DNA of 32,000 nt from Nitrososphaera viennensis EN76. GTDB taxonomy: Archaea; Thermoproteota; Nitrososphaeria; Nitrososphaerales; Nitrososphaeraceae. Below are positions 21,876-29,877 of the stretch, one piece after another. The position numbers and the translations under genes are program-made. The DNA lies in the NCBI RefSeq assembly GCF_000698785.1, contig NZ_CP007536.1, forward strand, positions 1,590,001 through 1,622,000, in the 5' to 3' direction. The notes beneath the pieces are model-generated. The model did not search any database. It was not told the DNA's origin and saw only the letters and a list, made by a program, of their open reading frames with translations. How positions within the stretch are numbered: position 1 is the first letter of the stretch; each line of letters opens with the position of its first letter.

Positions 21876-22925
21876 CTACAACCTCTGAGGAGTGGTTAGT
21901 ACCTTGCCAAACAGCTGTGAGTCTGCCATCTTTACGTGGCCCTCCACCATATTGCTGAAGGGAAGGACTGTGTCTATGACTGATTTTATCTTGCCCTTGC
22001 TAACCCAGCTGATGACCTCTTCCAGGCCGGCCTTTGTACCCTGTGTGGCTCCAAGTAGGTTGATACCTCTGAAGAAGAGGTACCTCAGGTCGATTGTCGA
22101 GTCGTATCCAGTCGTAGCACCCGTTGAAACCAGAGTACCGCCCATCTTCAAAAGCCCTACTTCCTGCGGAAATACTGTCTTGCCTATGTGTTCGAAGATA
22201 ACATCGACTCCAAGCTTGTTTGTAATCTCTCGCACTTTCCTGTGCCAACCGTCTTCGCGGTGGTTCACAACATAGTCGGCGCCAAGCTTGATACACTTGT
22301 CCATTTTCTCCTTGTTACCGGCAGTAGCGATGACGTCGCAATTGAACAGCTTGGCTATCTGGATACCGGCTATTCCCATGCCACTTCCTCCTCCCATTAT
22401 CAATACAGTCTGGCCGGGCCTTATCCCCGCTCTTGTTACCAACATGTGCCATGCGGTCATCCCAACCATCGAAATGGCTGCAGCATCGTTGAATGATACA
22501 CTATCGGGTAGCTTGACTACGTTCACTTCTGGAAGATGGGTATACTGAGCAAATCCGCCCCAAAGCGGCCCTGTTTGAAATCCCCATACAAGCCGGTCAC
22601 TGCAATCATATTCACGGCCAGAGGTGCACTGGTAGCATACTCTGCAAGTAAGGTTAGGGTGAGAGACAATCCTGTCTCCTACCCTTATCTTGGAGACATC
22701 ATCCCCGACTTCAATCACCGTACCTGCGACGTCGGATCCCGAGATGTGAGGGAGTGGAATCTTGATAGGTTCTCCCCAGATTCCCCAGAGGTCATTGTAG
22801 TTATAGGCCGCAGCATCAACCTTTATCAAGACTTCATGGGATTTTATTTTTGGTACATCAATATCCTCAATCCTGACAACTTGTCGGGGATCCTTGCTAT
22901 GTGATCGATAAACAGCAGCTTTCAT
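21876..22925 (-). CDS. MDR-superfamily NAD(P)H oxidoreductase, enoyl-reductase-like
   Basis: MKAAVYRS..., GroES-like N-domain, structural-Zn lobe CRVCYQCTSGREYDC, Rossmann GGGSGMG. Catalytic-Zn positions read AAAYNYND and GSD instead of C..H and GHE. The ORF is open to a TTG at 22976. Confidence 0.85.
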   Translation of the reverse strand: MKAAVYRSHSKDPRQVVRIEDIDVPKIKSHEVLIKVDAAAYNYNDLWGIWGEPIKIPLPHISGSDVAGTVIEVGDDVSKIRVGDRIVSHPNLTCRVCYQCTSGREYDCSDRLVWGFQTGPLWGGFAQYTHLPEVNVVKLPDSVSFNDAAAISMVGMTAWHMLVTRAGIRPGQTVLIMGGGSGMGIAGIQIAKLFNCDVIATAGNKEKMDKCIKLGADYVVNHREDGWHRKVREITNKLGVDVIFEHIGKTVFPQEVGLLKMGGTLVSTGATTGYDSTIDLRYLFFRGINLLGATQGTKAGLEEVISWVSKGKIKSVIDTVLPFSNMVEGHVKMADSQLFGKVLTTPQRL

Positions 22926-23030
22926 GTTCTTCTTGTTGCGGTCTGTCGCGAGTTGACTTAAGCTTGAAGTTTGCAAAGTATTGCAGAGTAAACGTCACTC
23001 ATAAAACTGGTGCATAGGCTAATTTGCAAC

Positions 23031-23162
23031 ATGAGCAAACATATGCAAGGTTCCCGGTCCACATATCGTTTGTCCAAGTTTGCAAGTAACATAGAGCTAT
23101 CAAAGCACATAGATAGAATGCATCAAGGTTCTGGTCTTTTGGGAGATTCGCGTCAACGGTGA
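23031..23162 (+). pseudogene. Degenerate paralogue of the C2H2 mini-protein at 26121-26249 (Cys ligands lost)
   Basis: ..RSTYRLSKFASNIELSKHIDRMHQGSGLLGDSRQR versus ..SCPYCQSKFASNEELSKHIDRLHHGSGLLEGDSSRW. Both Cys are replaced (Ser, Arg); the His pair is kept. Confidence 0.35.
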
Positions 23163-23218
23163 GCAATGTGACTGGCAAAACTTCTACTGAGCATTATAGG
23201 AACTGCTGGTGATCAAGA

Positions 23219-23524
23219 ATGCCCGGTCAGAGATGCAGGGACCTATGCAAAACTCTTCAAGCAAAGAAAACAGGATTCTCAACTAGTCCTTATTTAGAAG
23301 GTCTGAAAAAGTGCACAGTTTGCGCAATCTATGTGAAGACCGATTCCAAGTACTGTCCATGCTGTAATTACCTACTCCGGACTAGAGCAAGAAGCAAAAA
23401 GACAAAGATATTCGCGGCGAAGATTCCTGGAAATCGAGATTATCAATTATGTCGACCATCAAGAACTGCAGGAATAATCGAAATCGCACACTTGTCAGAG
23501 GTGACAAGAAATCATCTACCCTGA
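23219..23524 (+). CDS. Small Cys-rich (zinc-ribbon-like) basic protein
   Basis: RCRDLCKTLQ...KKCTVCAIYVKTDSKYCPCCNYLLRTRARSKK, 101 aa, AT-richer region. Confidence 0.5.
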   Translation: MPGQRCRDLCKTLQAKKTGFSTSPYLEGLKKCTVCAIYVKTDSKYCPCCNYLLRTRARSKKTKIFAAKIPGNRDYQLCRPSRTAGIIEIAHLSEVTRNHLP

Positions 23525-23636
23525 GAAATTATTATTTAGAGAGGTTAGTGCTTTAGACACCCCACATATAGGTCAGGTAGTACTGGAAACACCAAATGTC
23601 ATCGTTGTATTCGGGGAGGGCGATGACAGGTACGAT

Positions 23637-24047
23637 GTGATCAGATCAGAGATCATGAGTACAAAAGATATGGTCTTGATAGGGCTCCCTTTGTATGAAA
23701 TCGCGAGACGCTACAAGAAAAGCAGGGAGGCTGCCATGCCTGTTCCCCGATTGGAGAGGACGCCAGAGAGAGTTGAACGGTCAAACTCGCACGAATTGCA
23801 CACAAAATCGTTAATCGGGAGAAAGGTAAAAAGTCGAGATGACCAATTCGTTGGTCATGTGATAGCAGACGCCGACAAGAGCATTATAGTTCTTGGTCAC
23901 CATCATTATAGGTTTGACATCCCAAAGTCGAAAATCCAACAAATCACCAAGGATGTTATTTTGAGTCAAGAGTACGAGACGATCTTCACTTACTCCAAGC
24001 CCAGGACCACGTCCATAGATAAAGTGAGCGTGACATCCAGCGAATGA
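23637..24047 (+). CDS. PRC-barrel-like protein
   Basis: LIGRKVKSRDDQFVGHVIADADKSIIVLGHHHYRFDIPKSKIQQITKDVILS resembles a PRC barrel. GTG at 23637. The frame is open upstream to 23505 and encodes a similar strand pattern with no start codon. Confidence 0.55.
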   Translation: MIRSEIMSTKDMVLIGLPLYEIARRYKKSREAAMPVPRLERTPERVERSNSHELHTKSLIGRKVKSRDDQFVGHVIADADKSIIVLGHHHYRFDIPKSKIQQITKDVILSQEYETIFTYSKPRTTSIDKVSVTSSE

Positions 24048-24220
24048 CCGAAAATCCAAGTCTGAATCAAAGCTGTTACCAAAAAAGTGCGCCAAGATGT
24101 CCTCTGTGTGGCAAGATTATGAGAGAACAATATAGCAGCCCAAAGTACTTGTGCACATGTGGGCATGGCGAGGGGTTCGTCTATCCCCATCGACCCCGGC
24201 GGTTCCTGACCGTGAAATAA
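24044..24220 (+). CDS. Zinc-ribbon protein (58 aa), translationally coupled to the PRC-barrel gene
   Basis: The ATG overlaps the upstream TGA (ATGA at 24044-24047). ...APRCPLCGKIMREQYSSPKYLCTCGHGEGF... (CxxC-x14-CxC). Below the ORF-track threshold. Confidence 0.5.
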   Translation: MTENPSLNQSCYQKSAPRCPLCGKIMREQYSSPKYLCTCGHGEGFVYPHRPRRFLTVK

Positions 24221-24306
24221 ATCTAATAATGCAGAATGGTCATAGGAAATTCTTCAATAATCAAACAACTCTAAAATTCAAAACTCTTGCTAAATGGTAT
24301 GTACCG

Positions 24307-24903
24307 TCACACTATATTCTCGGTGTCTACAGTGAAGGAGATCACACTGTCAGTAATTTCAAAATCTACTTTCTTCAGTCCGAAATCCTCAAACATAAAC
24401 TGGTACTGGTTTGAAATGTAGAGCGACCACTTTTTCCCCATTTCATGTTGAATGGTATAGGAATGTTTTGAGTAGTTCACCTCATGTCTGTATGGATAAC
24501 CTGCTATCCTTATCCAGGTTTCTACTACATCCAGAACAGACGTTATATTGTACTCGTTTCTTAGCATCAAGACAAAATTCTTGGTCTCTTTCTTGGCGAT
24601 GTATTCGGCTATCTCAACTAGCTCGCGGTCTGTAGCCAATTCTAGCAGTTTTACTATCAATCCCCTTCTGACCGTCAAGAACCCTGCCTTTGCTGCATTA
24701 GAATGCCAGTCTATATGTTGTTTGAATATCTGTCCGGCAAGAGCGTTAAGGCTTATCTCCTTCTGTTTTGCGTCGTTTCTTAGCCTTTCAATTATTGAGG
24801 TATCCAGTCTAAAAGCTATAGTTTCTGTCTTGCCACTAAGACTACCCATAACCATATGCGCATTGGTGCTGTTGATAAATGTATTTTTCTCGTGCGCTGC
24901 CAT
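24307..24903 (-). CDS. RHH (CopG-like) DNA-binding protein with a conserved C-terminal KWSLY domain, copy A
   Basis: GKTETIAFRLDTSIIERLRNDAKQKEISLNALAGQIFKQHIDW (strand-helix-helix) ... IQHEMGKKWSLYI. The ORF is open to 25029; ATG at 24903 matches the N-terminal length of copies B and C. Confidence 0.7.
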   Translation of the reverse strand: MAAHEKNTFINSTNAHMVMGSLSGKTETIAFRLDTSIIERLRNDAKQKEISLNALAGQIFKQHIDWHSNAAKAGFLTVRRGLIVKLLELATDRELVEIAEYIAKKETKNFVLMLRNEYNITSVLDVVETWIRIAGYPYRHEVNYSKHSYTIQHEMGKKWSLYISNQYQFMFEDFGLKKVDFEITDSVISFTVDTENIV

Positions 24904-25030
24904 ATTCGAATTGTTTGTCAGGTGAAGAAACAAAAAGATATTCTCGATGTATGCTACAAGGAATGTTGCATATACTATTACGCCTAGTCCGGCCGTATCT
25001 TGATACGCAGCAAAATCGCAAGATAACATT

Positions 25031-26002
25031 TCACTTCATTCTACCACCAGAATCTGGAGTCCCGGCAGCCTTTTCCCTTTTCACACGAACTACTGACAAT
25101 GACAGGGCACCGCCAAGTATCAAGCCTATCACCACAAGCGACACGGTGACCGGAATGTGAAGAACGTCTGAAGCAACCATCTTCACGCCTATGAACAGCA
25201 ACAGTGCAATGAGCGCTGGCTTTAGGTAATAGAATTTCTCCATCATCCCGGCAAGCAGAAAGTACAGGCTCCTGAGGCCGAGGATCGCAAAGACGTTTGA
25301 AGTTATGACGATAAAGTGGTCGCTGGTAATCGCAAGCACGGCAGGAATCGAGTCGATGGCAAACACAAGGTCGGTCATCTCGACTATGACAAGCGCGACG
25401 AGCAGAGGAGTGGCGTACAGGACTCCTCCTATCCTTGTGAGGAACCTCCCGTTGTGCAGCTCGGAGGAAACAGGGATCATCTTCTTCAGCATCCTGACTG
25501 CGAGGTTCTTTTCTACCTCGATCTTTTTCTCCTTCTTCTGCACGATCATCCTGGCAGCCGTGAGCAGCAGCATGCCGCCAAAGATAAAGATCATCCAGTG
25601 GAACGTTTCAAGAAGCGACACTCCCACGATTATCAGCGGTATCCTCATCGCTATCGCGCTCAGGATCCCGACGGAAAGGACCCTGTGTTGCATGGCGTGC
25701 GGCACGCCAAGCGACGAAAATATCAGGAGAAATACGAACATGTTGTCGACGCTCAGCGACTTTTCGACCACGTAGCCGGTGACAAACTCGAGCATCTTGT
25801 CACGGCCCATCTGGACGAGGACGAGCGCCGCAAAGACTGCCGCAAGCCCTATCCAGATAATGGTCCATATGAGGCCCTGTCGGAACGCGCTCGTCTCATG
25901 GGCGACCTGCGGCATGCGCCCGGCCAGCCTTCTTATGGCGCCTATCAGCCCTAGGTCTATTGCAAGCGCGACGCCCACAAAGAGCCCGAACAGGACCCAC
26001 AT
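25031..26002 (-). CDS. terC: TerC-family integral membrane protein
   Basis: EKSLSVDNMFVFLLIF and DLVFAIDSIPAVLAIT repeat motifs, about 8-9 TM helices. TTG at 26023 or ATG at 26002. Confidence 0.9.
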   Translation of the reverse strand: MWVLFGLFVGVALAIDLGLIGAIRRLAGRMPQVAHETSAFRQGLIWTIIWIGLAAVFAALVLVQMGRDKMLEFVTGYVVEKSLSVDNMFVFLLIFSSLGVPHAMQHRVLSVGILSAIAMRIPLIIVGVSLLETFHWMIFIFGGMLLLTAARMIVQKKEKKIEVEKNLAVRMLKKMIPVSSELHNGRFLTRIGGVLYATPLLVALVIVEMTDLVFAIDSIPAVLAITSDHFIVITSNVFAILGLRSLYFLLAGMMEKFYYLKPALIALLLFIGVKMVASDVLHIPVTVSLVVIGLILGGALSLSVVRVKREKAAGTPDSGGRMK

Positions 26003-26120
26003 CCCAAGGCCGCCTTCAAACAATCAACGTGTCTGCTTGGCCGGCGTATTTGGGCAGCGCGTCCACTTTGCAACACAATGTAAACACGCCTGCTAAATAG
26101 CAGGAAGGAACAGTATTGTC

Positions 26121-26249
26121 ATGAAAGACAAGGCGGTGTCATGCCCGTACTGCCAGTCCAAGTTCGCAAGCAACGAGGAGCTGTCAAAGCACATCGACAG
26201 GCTGCACCACGGCTCGGGCCTACTTGAGGGAGACTCGAGCAGGTGGTGA
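26121..26249 (+). CDS. C2H2 zinc-finger mini-protein (42 aa)
   Basis: MKDKAVSCPYCQSKFASNEELSKHIDRLHHGSGLLEGDSSRW (C-x2-C-x12-H-x4-H). Divergent from terC and directly upstream of RHH copy B. Confidence 0.5.
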   Translation: MKDKAVSCPYCQSKFASNEELSKHIDRLHHGSGLLEGDSSRW

Positions 26250-26312
26250 TCTTTTTTCTTATCATGCAAATCTTTTAATTCTGTTCAAGCCCAAGCCTGA
26301 CAGACGCCCATT

Positions 26313-26858
26313 TTGCACAAAAGCGAAGCCGAGTCCCAGAAGGGCAAGACCGGAACCATTACGTTCAGGCTGCCGTCCGCCCTGATAGAAGAGCTCAGGC
26401 GCGATGCCGAGGTCGAGGGAGTGAGCCTCAACAGCTACGCGTCCAAGATCTTCTCCAACCACATACTCTGGGAGAGGTATGAAAGGAAGGTTGGCCTCCT
26501 GCCCATGACTGAGGCCTTCCTGAAGGAGACGCTCCACCAGCTGAGCGACGAGCAGGTGGTGAACCTCGCGCAAAAGCTGGAGAAGCAAAAGTTCAAGAAC
26601 ATACTGGCCTTCATGAACGACAACCCTACCGTGGGGGACTTTGCAGAGCTCATAAGGACGTGGCTAAACGTGTCGTGGATGCAGCAGAACGTCGAGGTGA
26701 ACGACGGAGCGTACCGGCTCAAGATACAGCACAACCTCGGGAGCAAGTGGTCGCTCTATGTCAGGACGCTCGTGTCAGAGCTTGCGCAGGACGTCCTGGG
26801 CAAGAAGGCCGGCATCAAGGTCGTGGGAGAGACCATAACGTTCTCGTTTTCCGACTAG
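26313..26858 (+). CDS. RHH (CopG-like) + KWSLY-domain protein, copy B
   Basis: GKTGTITFRLPSALIEELRRDAEVEGVSLNSYASKIFSNHILW ... IQHNLGSKWSLYV. TTG start. Confidence 0.75.
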   Translation: MHKSEAESQKGKTGTITFRLPSALIEELRRDAEVEGVSLNSYASKIFSNHILWERYERKVGLLPMTEAFLKETLHQLSDEQVVNLAQKLEKQKFKNILAFMNDNPTVGDFAELIRTWLNVSWMQQNVEVNDGAYRLKIQHNLGSKWSLYVRTLVSELAQDVLGKKAGIKVVGETITFSFSD

Positions 26859-26949
26859 CGTTCTGATCAGTTTCAGGTCACGTGCCAACGTAGTCGGTTA
26901 TCTTTGGAGCCCTCTTGGCGCGCCTGCCTATCAACTTCAGCACCCTTTC

Positions 26950-27590
26950 CTAGCTTTCTGTCATGGCACCCATCATCTGCAGGAGCTCTAGCGCGTTTGT
27001 GGGCGCTTTTGCATTGTAGTGGTTGTTAAAGTATGCGAACGTCTCGGCCTTTGCAGTTATTGTTTTCATGTTTTTGCCCAAGACGACAGCTCATATTCAG
27101 AATATTTGTGGTCAAACCAGATTTTCTTCCCTCCTGCCGTGTCATCGCAGAGTCCTTACATTTGATCACGACATTCCCTTGATCGCGACGCATTCTTAAC
27201 AGCTATGCTGCTCCTACGTTGAGATCTTTGACATCTATGACTCCATCTATAATACCCGCATCGTTATACAAGATGAAGTGATTTGAGCCTGTAACGCACG
27301 TGTTAGCCCTAAAACATGATGAATTTGATCCCCAATGACTCTCGACATCCTTCGGTTGTTGCATATAACATTACCACTAGTCTTAGTGCAATTCGTTATT
27401 CACCAAAATCGAAAGATAATTATTTCTTTTCTTAGAAATGTATGTAGGAGTCTCGCCGTTTGTTCAAAATCTGCGGGACTCATGTCGTATTTGTCTGCAT
27501 CGCCGGACATAGGTGGAAAAACTATGCACCCTGATGCTTTTTGGCAGATTATGCATGACAGCTACAAGTTCATGAACTATACAAGGGGCG
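26950..27590 (-). pseudogene. Decayed DUF72-family gene (multiple frame breaks, N-terminus missing)
   Basis: Minus-strand pieces lie in three frames: ..VFPPMSGDADKYDMSPADFEQTARLLHTFLRKEIIIFRFW*, ..KIWFDHKYSEYELSSWAKT*, and MKTITAKAETFAYFNNHYNAKAPTNALELLQMMG (26950-27069). Order and motifs (RxxSW; Y-Y-S-E-E-L-x-x-W-A; YFNN....A..NA..L) follow DUF72. Confidence 0.45.
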
Positions 27591-27631
27591 GTTAGGGTCC
27601 TCTCCTATTATGTACATCATTGCCTCTCCCC

Positions 27632-28186
27632 TCAGAAAACACCTCCAATTCCCAAGTTCCCCATTGGCATCCCCTGGGGGGTGGAAACCGCGCTGGTGTT
27701 GGGGTCAACAGTCATCTTGTAGAGCATCCCGCTGTCAACATCCGCGACTGTGATGCTATAGACTACCATATTGCCCTGTGAAACTTCAATGTCGCCTGCA
27801 ATTGCTATGCCATTAGGAATCTGGTCTTCTGCTACATCGGCCGCGTCGACTAGTGTTATGGTGACGTTTTCAAAGTTTGTTACGTTGCCAGCAGCACCAC
27901 CAAGCTCGGCCAAAGGCGTTCCTTCTGTAGATGTGGCAAGAACTCTTCCCGTGCTAGGATCGACGTACACTTTGTATGCCAGCTCGCTATTTAGGTCGGC
28001 CACCGTGATTTTGTATACAAGAGAGTCCTGCACTGCGTCCAAGCTGCCAGCAACCACCGTGCCGTTAGTGATCTGCTCTTCTGCCAAGTCAGTCGCATCC
28101 ACCAGAGTCGCATTAAGGTGCTCGTTCAAAAAGTCCTTTGCTGCCTGTTTGACGTTTATGGTGCCGTTCAGCTGCATTGTTGTCAT
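27632..28186 (-). CDS. Tandem PepSY-domain protein (no signal peptide in this frame)
   Basis: Two repeats: AAKDFLNEHL..VDATDLAEEQITNGTVVAGSL..VYKITVAD..AYKVYVDPSTGRVL and ..LVDAADVAEDQIPNGIAIAGDI..VYSITVAD..LYKMTVDPNT. Confidence 0.75.
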   Translation of the reverse strand: MTTMQLNGTINVKQAAKDFLNEHLNATLVDATDLAEEQITNGTVVAGSLDAVQDSLVYKITVADLNSELAYKVYVDPSTGRVLATSTEGTPLAELGGAAGNVTNFENVTITLVDAADVAEDQIPNGIAIAGDIEVSQGNMVVYSITVADVDSGMLYKMTVDPNTSAVSTPQGMPMGNLGIGGVF

Positions 28187-28383
28187 AGTAGTAGTATTGT
28201 TATTACTAGTGGTGGCAGCTGCGCAAAAGCACTCAAAGGCGTGACCATCGTAGTAGTCGTCGTCATCACTGTTCCCAAAGATGGGAGAGCAGCAAGCACC
28301 AAGCCAACAACAACAGCCGCAACAACTACCGAGGACAGCACCGTGGGATTCAAGAATTTTTTACTTCGGGTTAGACCTGACAT
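28183..28383 (-). CDS. Membrane-anchor ORF, probably the detached N-terminus of the PepSY protein
   Basis: MSGLTRSKKFLNPTVLSSVVVAAVVVGLVLAALPSLG... poly-Thr. Its stop overlaps the PepSY ATG (ctATGAca). The PepSY frame stays open upstream (..AAATTSNNNTTT-M). Confidence 0.45.
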   Translation of the reverse strand: MSGLTRSKKFLNPTVLSSVVVAAVVVGLVLAALPSLGTVMTTTTTMVTPLSAFAQLPPLVITILLL

Positions 28384-28881
28384 TAATACAATTTTCACAG
28401 TTAGCCATCTTAAAACTTGGGTAACACAATTGAGTATCAATCCCATCTGAAATATTCATAACAGAACTTTCTCAAGCTAGGCCTAGGATGTCTGCCAACG
28501 TAAAATCACACCGCTACTAATATGCTACTGCTGCTACCATCAATCGACATGAATCATGATGACGATTATGATAACCTGAAATAGCCCAGAATGCAACAAT
28601 GTGAACAAACAAGTGTACATGAGAACCCTTCTTTCCCATCCTTGCCAAGCAAGCGAACATGCTTGTCAGATTTTATCTTGACCGCCGTCCCTCCCTCTTT
28701 ATCCCCGCAGCAGCACTTCCTGCCATACGCATGCACACGAAACCGTTACACGAGTGCGCACACGCACATTTTTGAACAGTAACGACACAAAACCGTCACA
28801 GCAGAGAGTAAGGAGCACCAGCACGGCCAGCTGCACACATCCTAACTTTTTTAAGTTCTACCAGCACATCATCTACACGAT

Positions 28882-29337
28882 GTGACTCTTCGTAATTTTG
28901 TCAAAACTAATTCTTCCCTGTTAATAGTGGCCGCATTTGCTCTGCTTTGCGATGCACTTCTTTCGCATAAAGAAGCCTCGCGGCACATGAGTGCTGCGAC
29001 CATGGTCGTCTATGCCATGAAGGAAGAAACAGCAGCTACATTCACTAATGCTAATGTTGCCAATGCAAAGGACGATGTCAGGTCAAGCCTTTTCCGGGCT
29101 AGAAAAAGGACATCTGACGGCAAGACGCGGCAGGCCAAATTTCTGATTTGTGACGGCTGTTTCTGGTGCGCATCATTGATTTCGATAGAACCTTTGCACA
29201 AGGGTGAATCCAGGATCGTAAGCTGCCCTGCGTGTGATGGCAGACAAGTAGAGTCGCTTCCTGTATCAATCGACAACAACAACGATGATGATTACGACGG
29301 CGTAGATGCTGCTGCAAGTCTTGGACAACAACAGTAA
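28882..29337 (+). CDS. CxxC...CPxC zinc-finger protein with an Asn/Asp-rich tail (paralogue of 18499-18774)
   Basis: ...AKFLICDGCFWCASLISIEPLHKGESRIVSCPACDGRQVESLPVSIDNNNDDDYDGVDAAASLGQQQ. GTG start; internal ATGs are possible. Confidence 0.55.
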   Translation: MTLRNFVKTNSSLLIVAAFALLCDALLSHKEASRHMSAATMVVYAMKEETAATFTNANVANAKDDVRSSLFRARKRTSDGKTRQAKFLICDGCFWCASLISIEPLHKGESRIVSCPACDGRQVESLPVSIDNNNDDDYDGVDAAASLGQQQ

Positions 29338-29464
29338 GAAAAGCGATTTCTGGTCATCCCCATTACTACGGCCATTGTTGTACGTCTAGAATCAAAATAT
29401 TATCTTACCCGCGCCAGCTACGGCCGTTTTTAGTGTATTGAAAAAATATGTGTATGAAGTGCGC

Positions 29465-29701
29465 CTATGCCGTAGTCTGTACTTCTATTACCCAGTCGCA
29501 CTTCATTCCAAGCTTCTGATGGGAATTTTCTACTGCTTCCTTATTGGGAGCATCCAGAATGCAGAAAACTTTGTTCTCTTGCTTGTTGTAAAGGATGTTC
29601 TTGTGCGTGATTCCAAATTCATCTGTTGGTGATTTCTGCGCCTGCTTTAGTGCCTCTTCTTCTACAGGACCCATTGGATGCGAATCAAGAAATGTTGGCA
29701 T
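29465..29701 (-). CDS. DUF4242-family protein
   Basis: MPTFLDSHPMGPVEEEALKQAQ...DEFGITHKNILYNKQENKVFCILDAPNKEAVENSHQKLGMKCDWVIEV follows the DUF4242 pattern (MP.F+D.H ... VFC+.eAP..eAV...H). Confidence 0.7.
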   Translation of the reverse strand: MPTFLDSHPMGPVEEEALKQAQKSPTDEFGITHKNILYNKQENKVFCILDAPNKEAVENSHQKLGMKCDWVIEVQTTA

Positions 29702-29877
29702 TACTACAGTTTTCGAGTCCGACGCTTTAAGGCTTCTTTCAGAAATTTACTAAATGTGCTAACCGAAAAATCTACTATGACATATATTATGAAACCCGGC
29801 AGGATATTCTGCTGTCAGTCAATTCACTCTATTACCCTAGGTTCAAAAAAAGGGAATGGTGATGATGATGCCACCTA

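Noticed and set aside
27335-27595. 86-aa plus-strand ORF
   Set aside because: Overlaps minus-strand DUF72-like remnants and has no protein-like features of its own.
28591-28782. 63-aa plus-strand ORF
   Set aside because: Pro/Ser/Thr/His-rich with no start context or conservation signal. It lies in the intergenic region between the PepSY anchor ORF and the zinc-finger gene.
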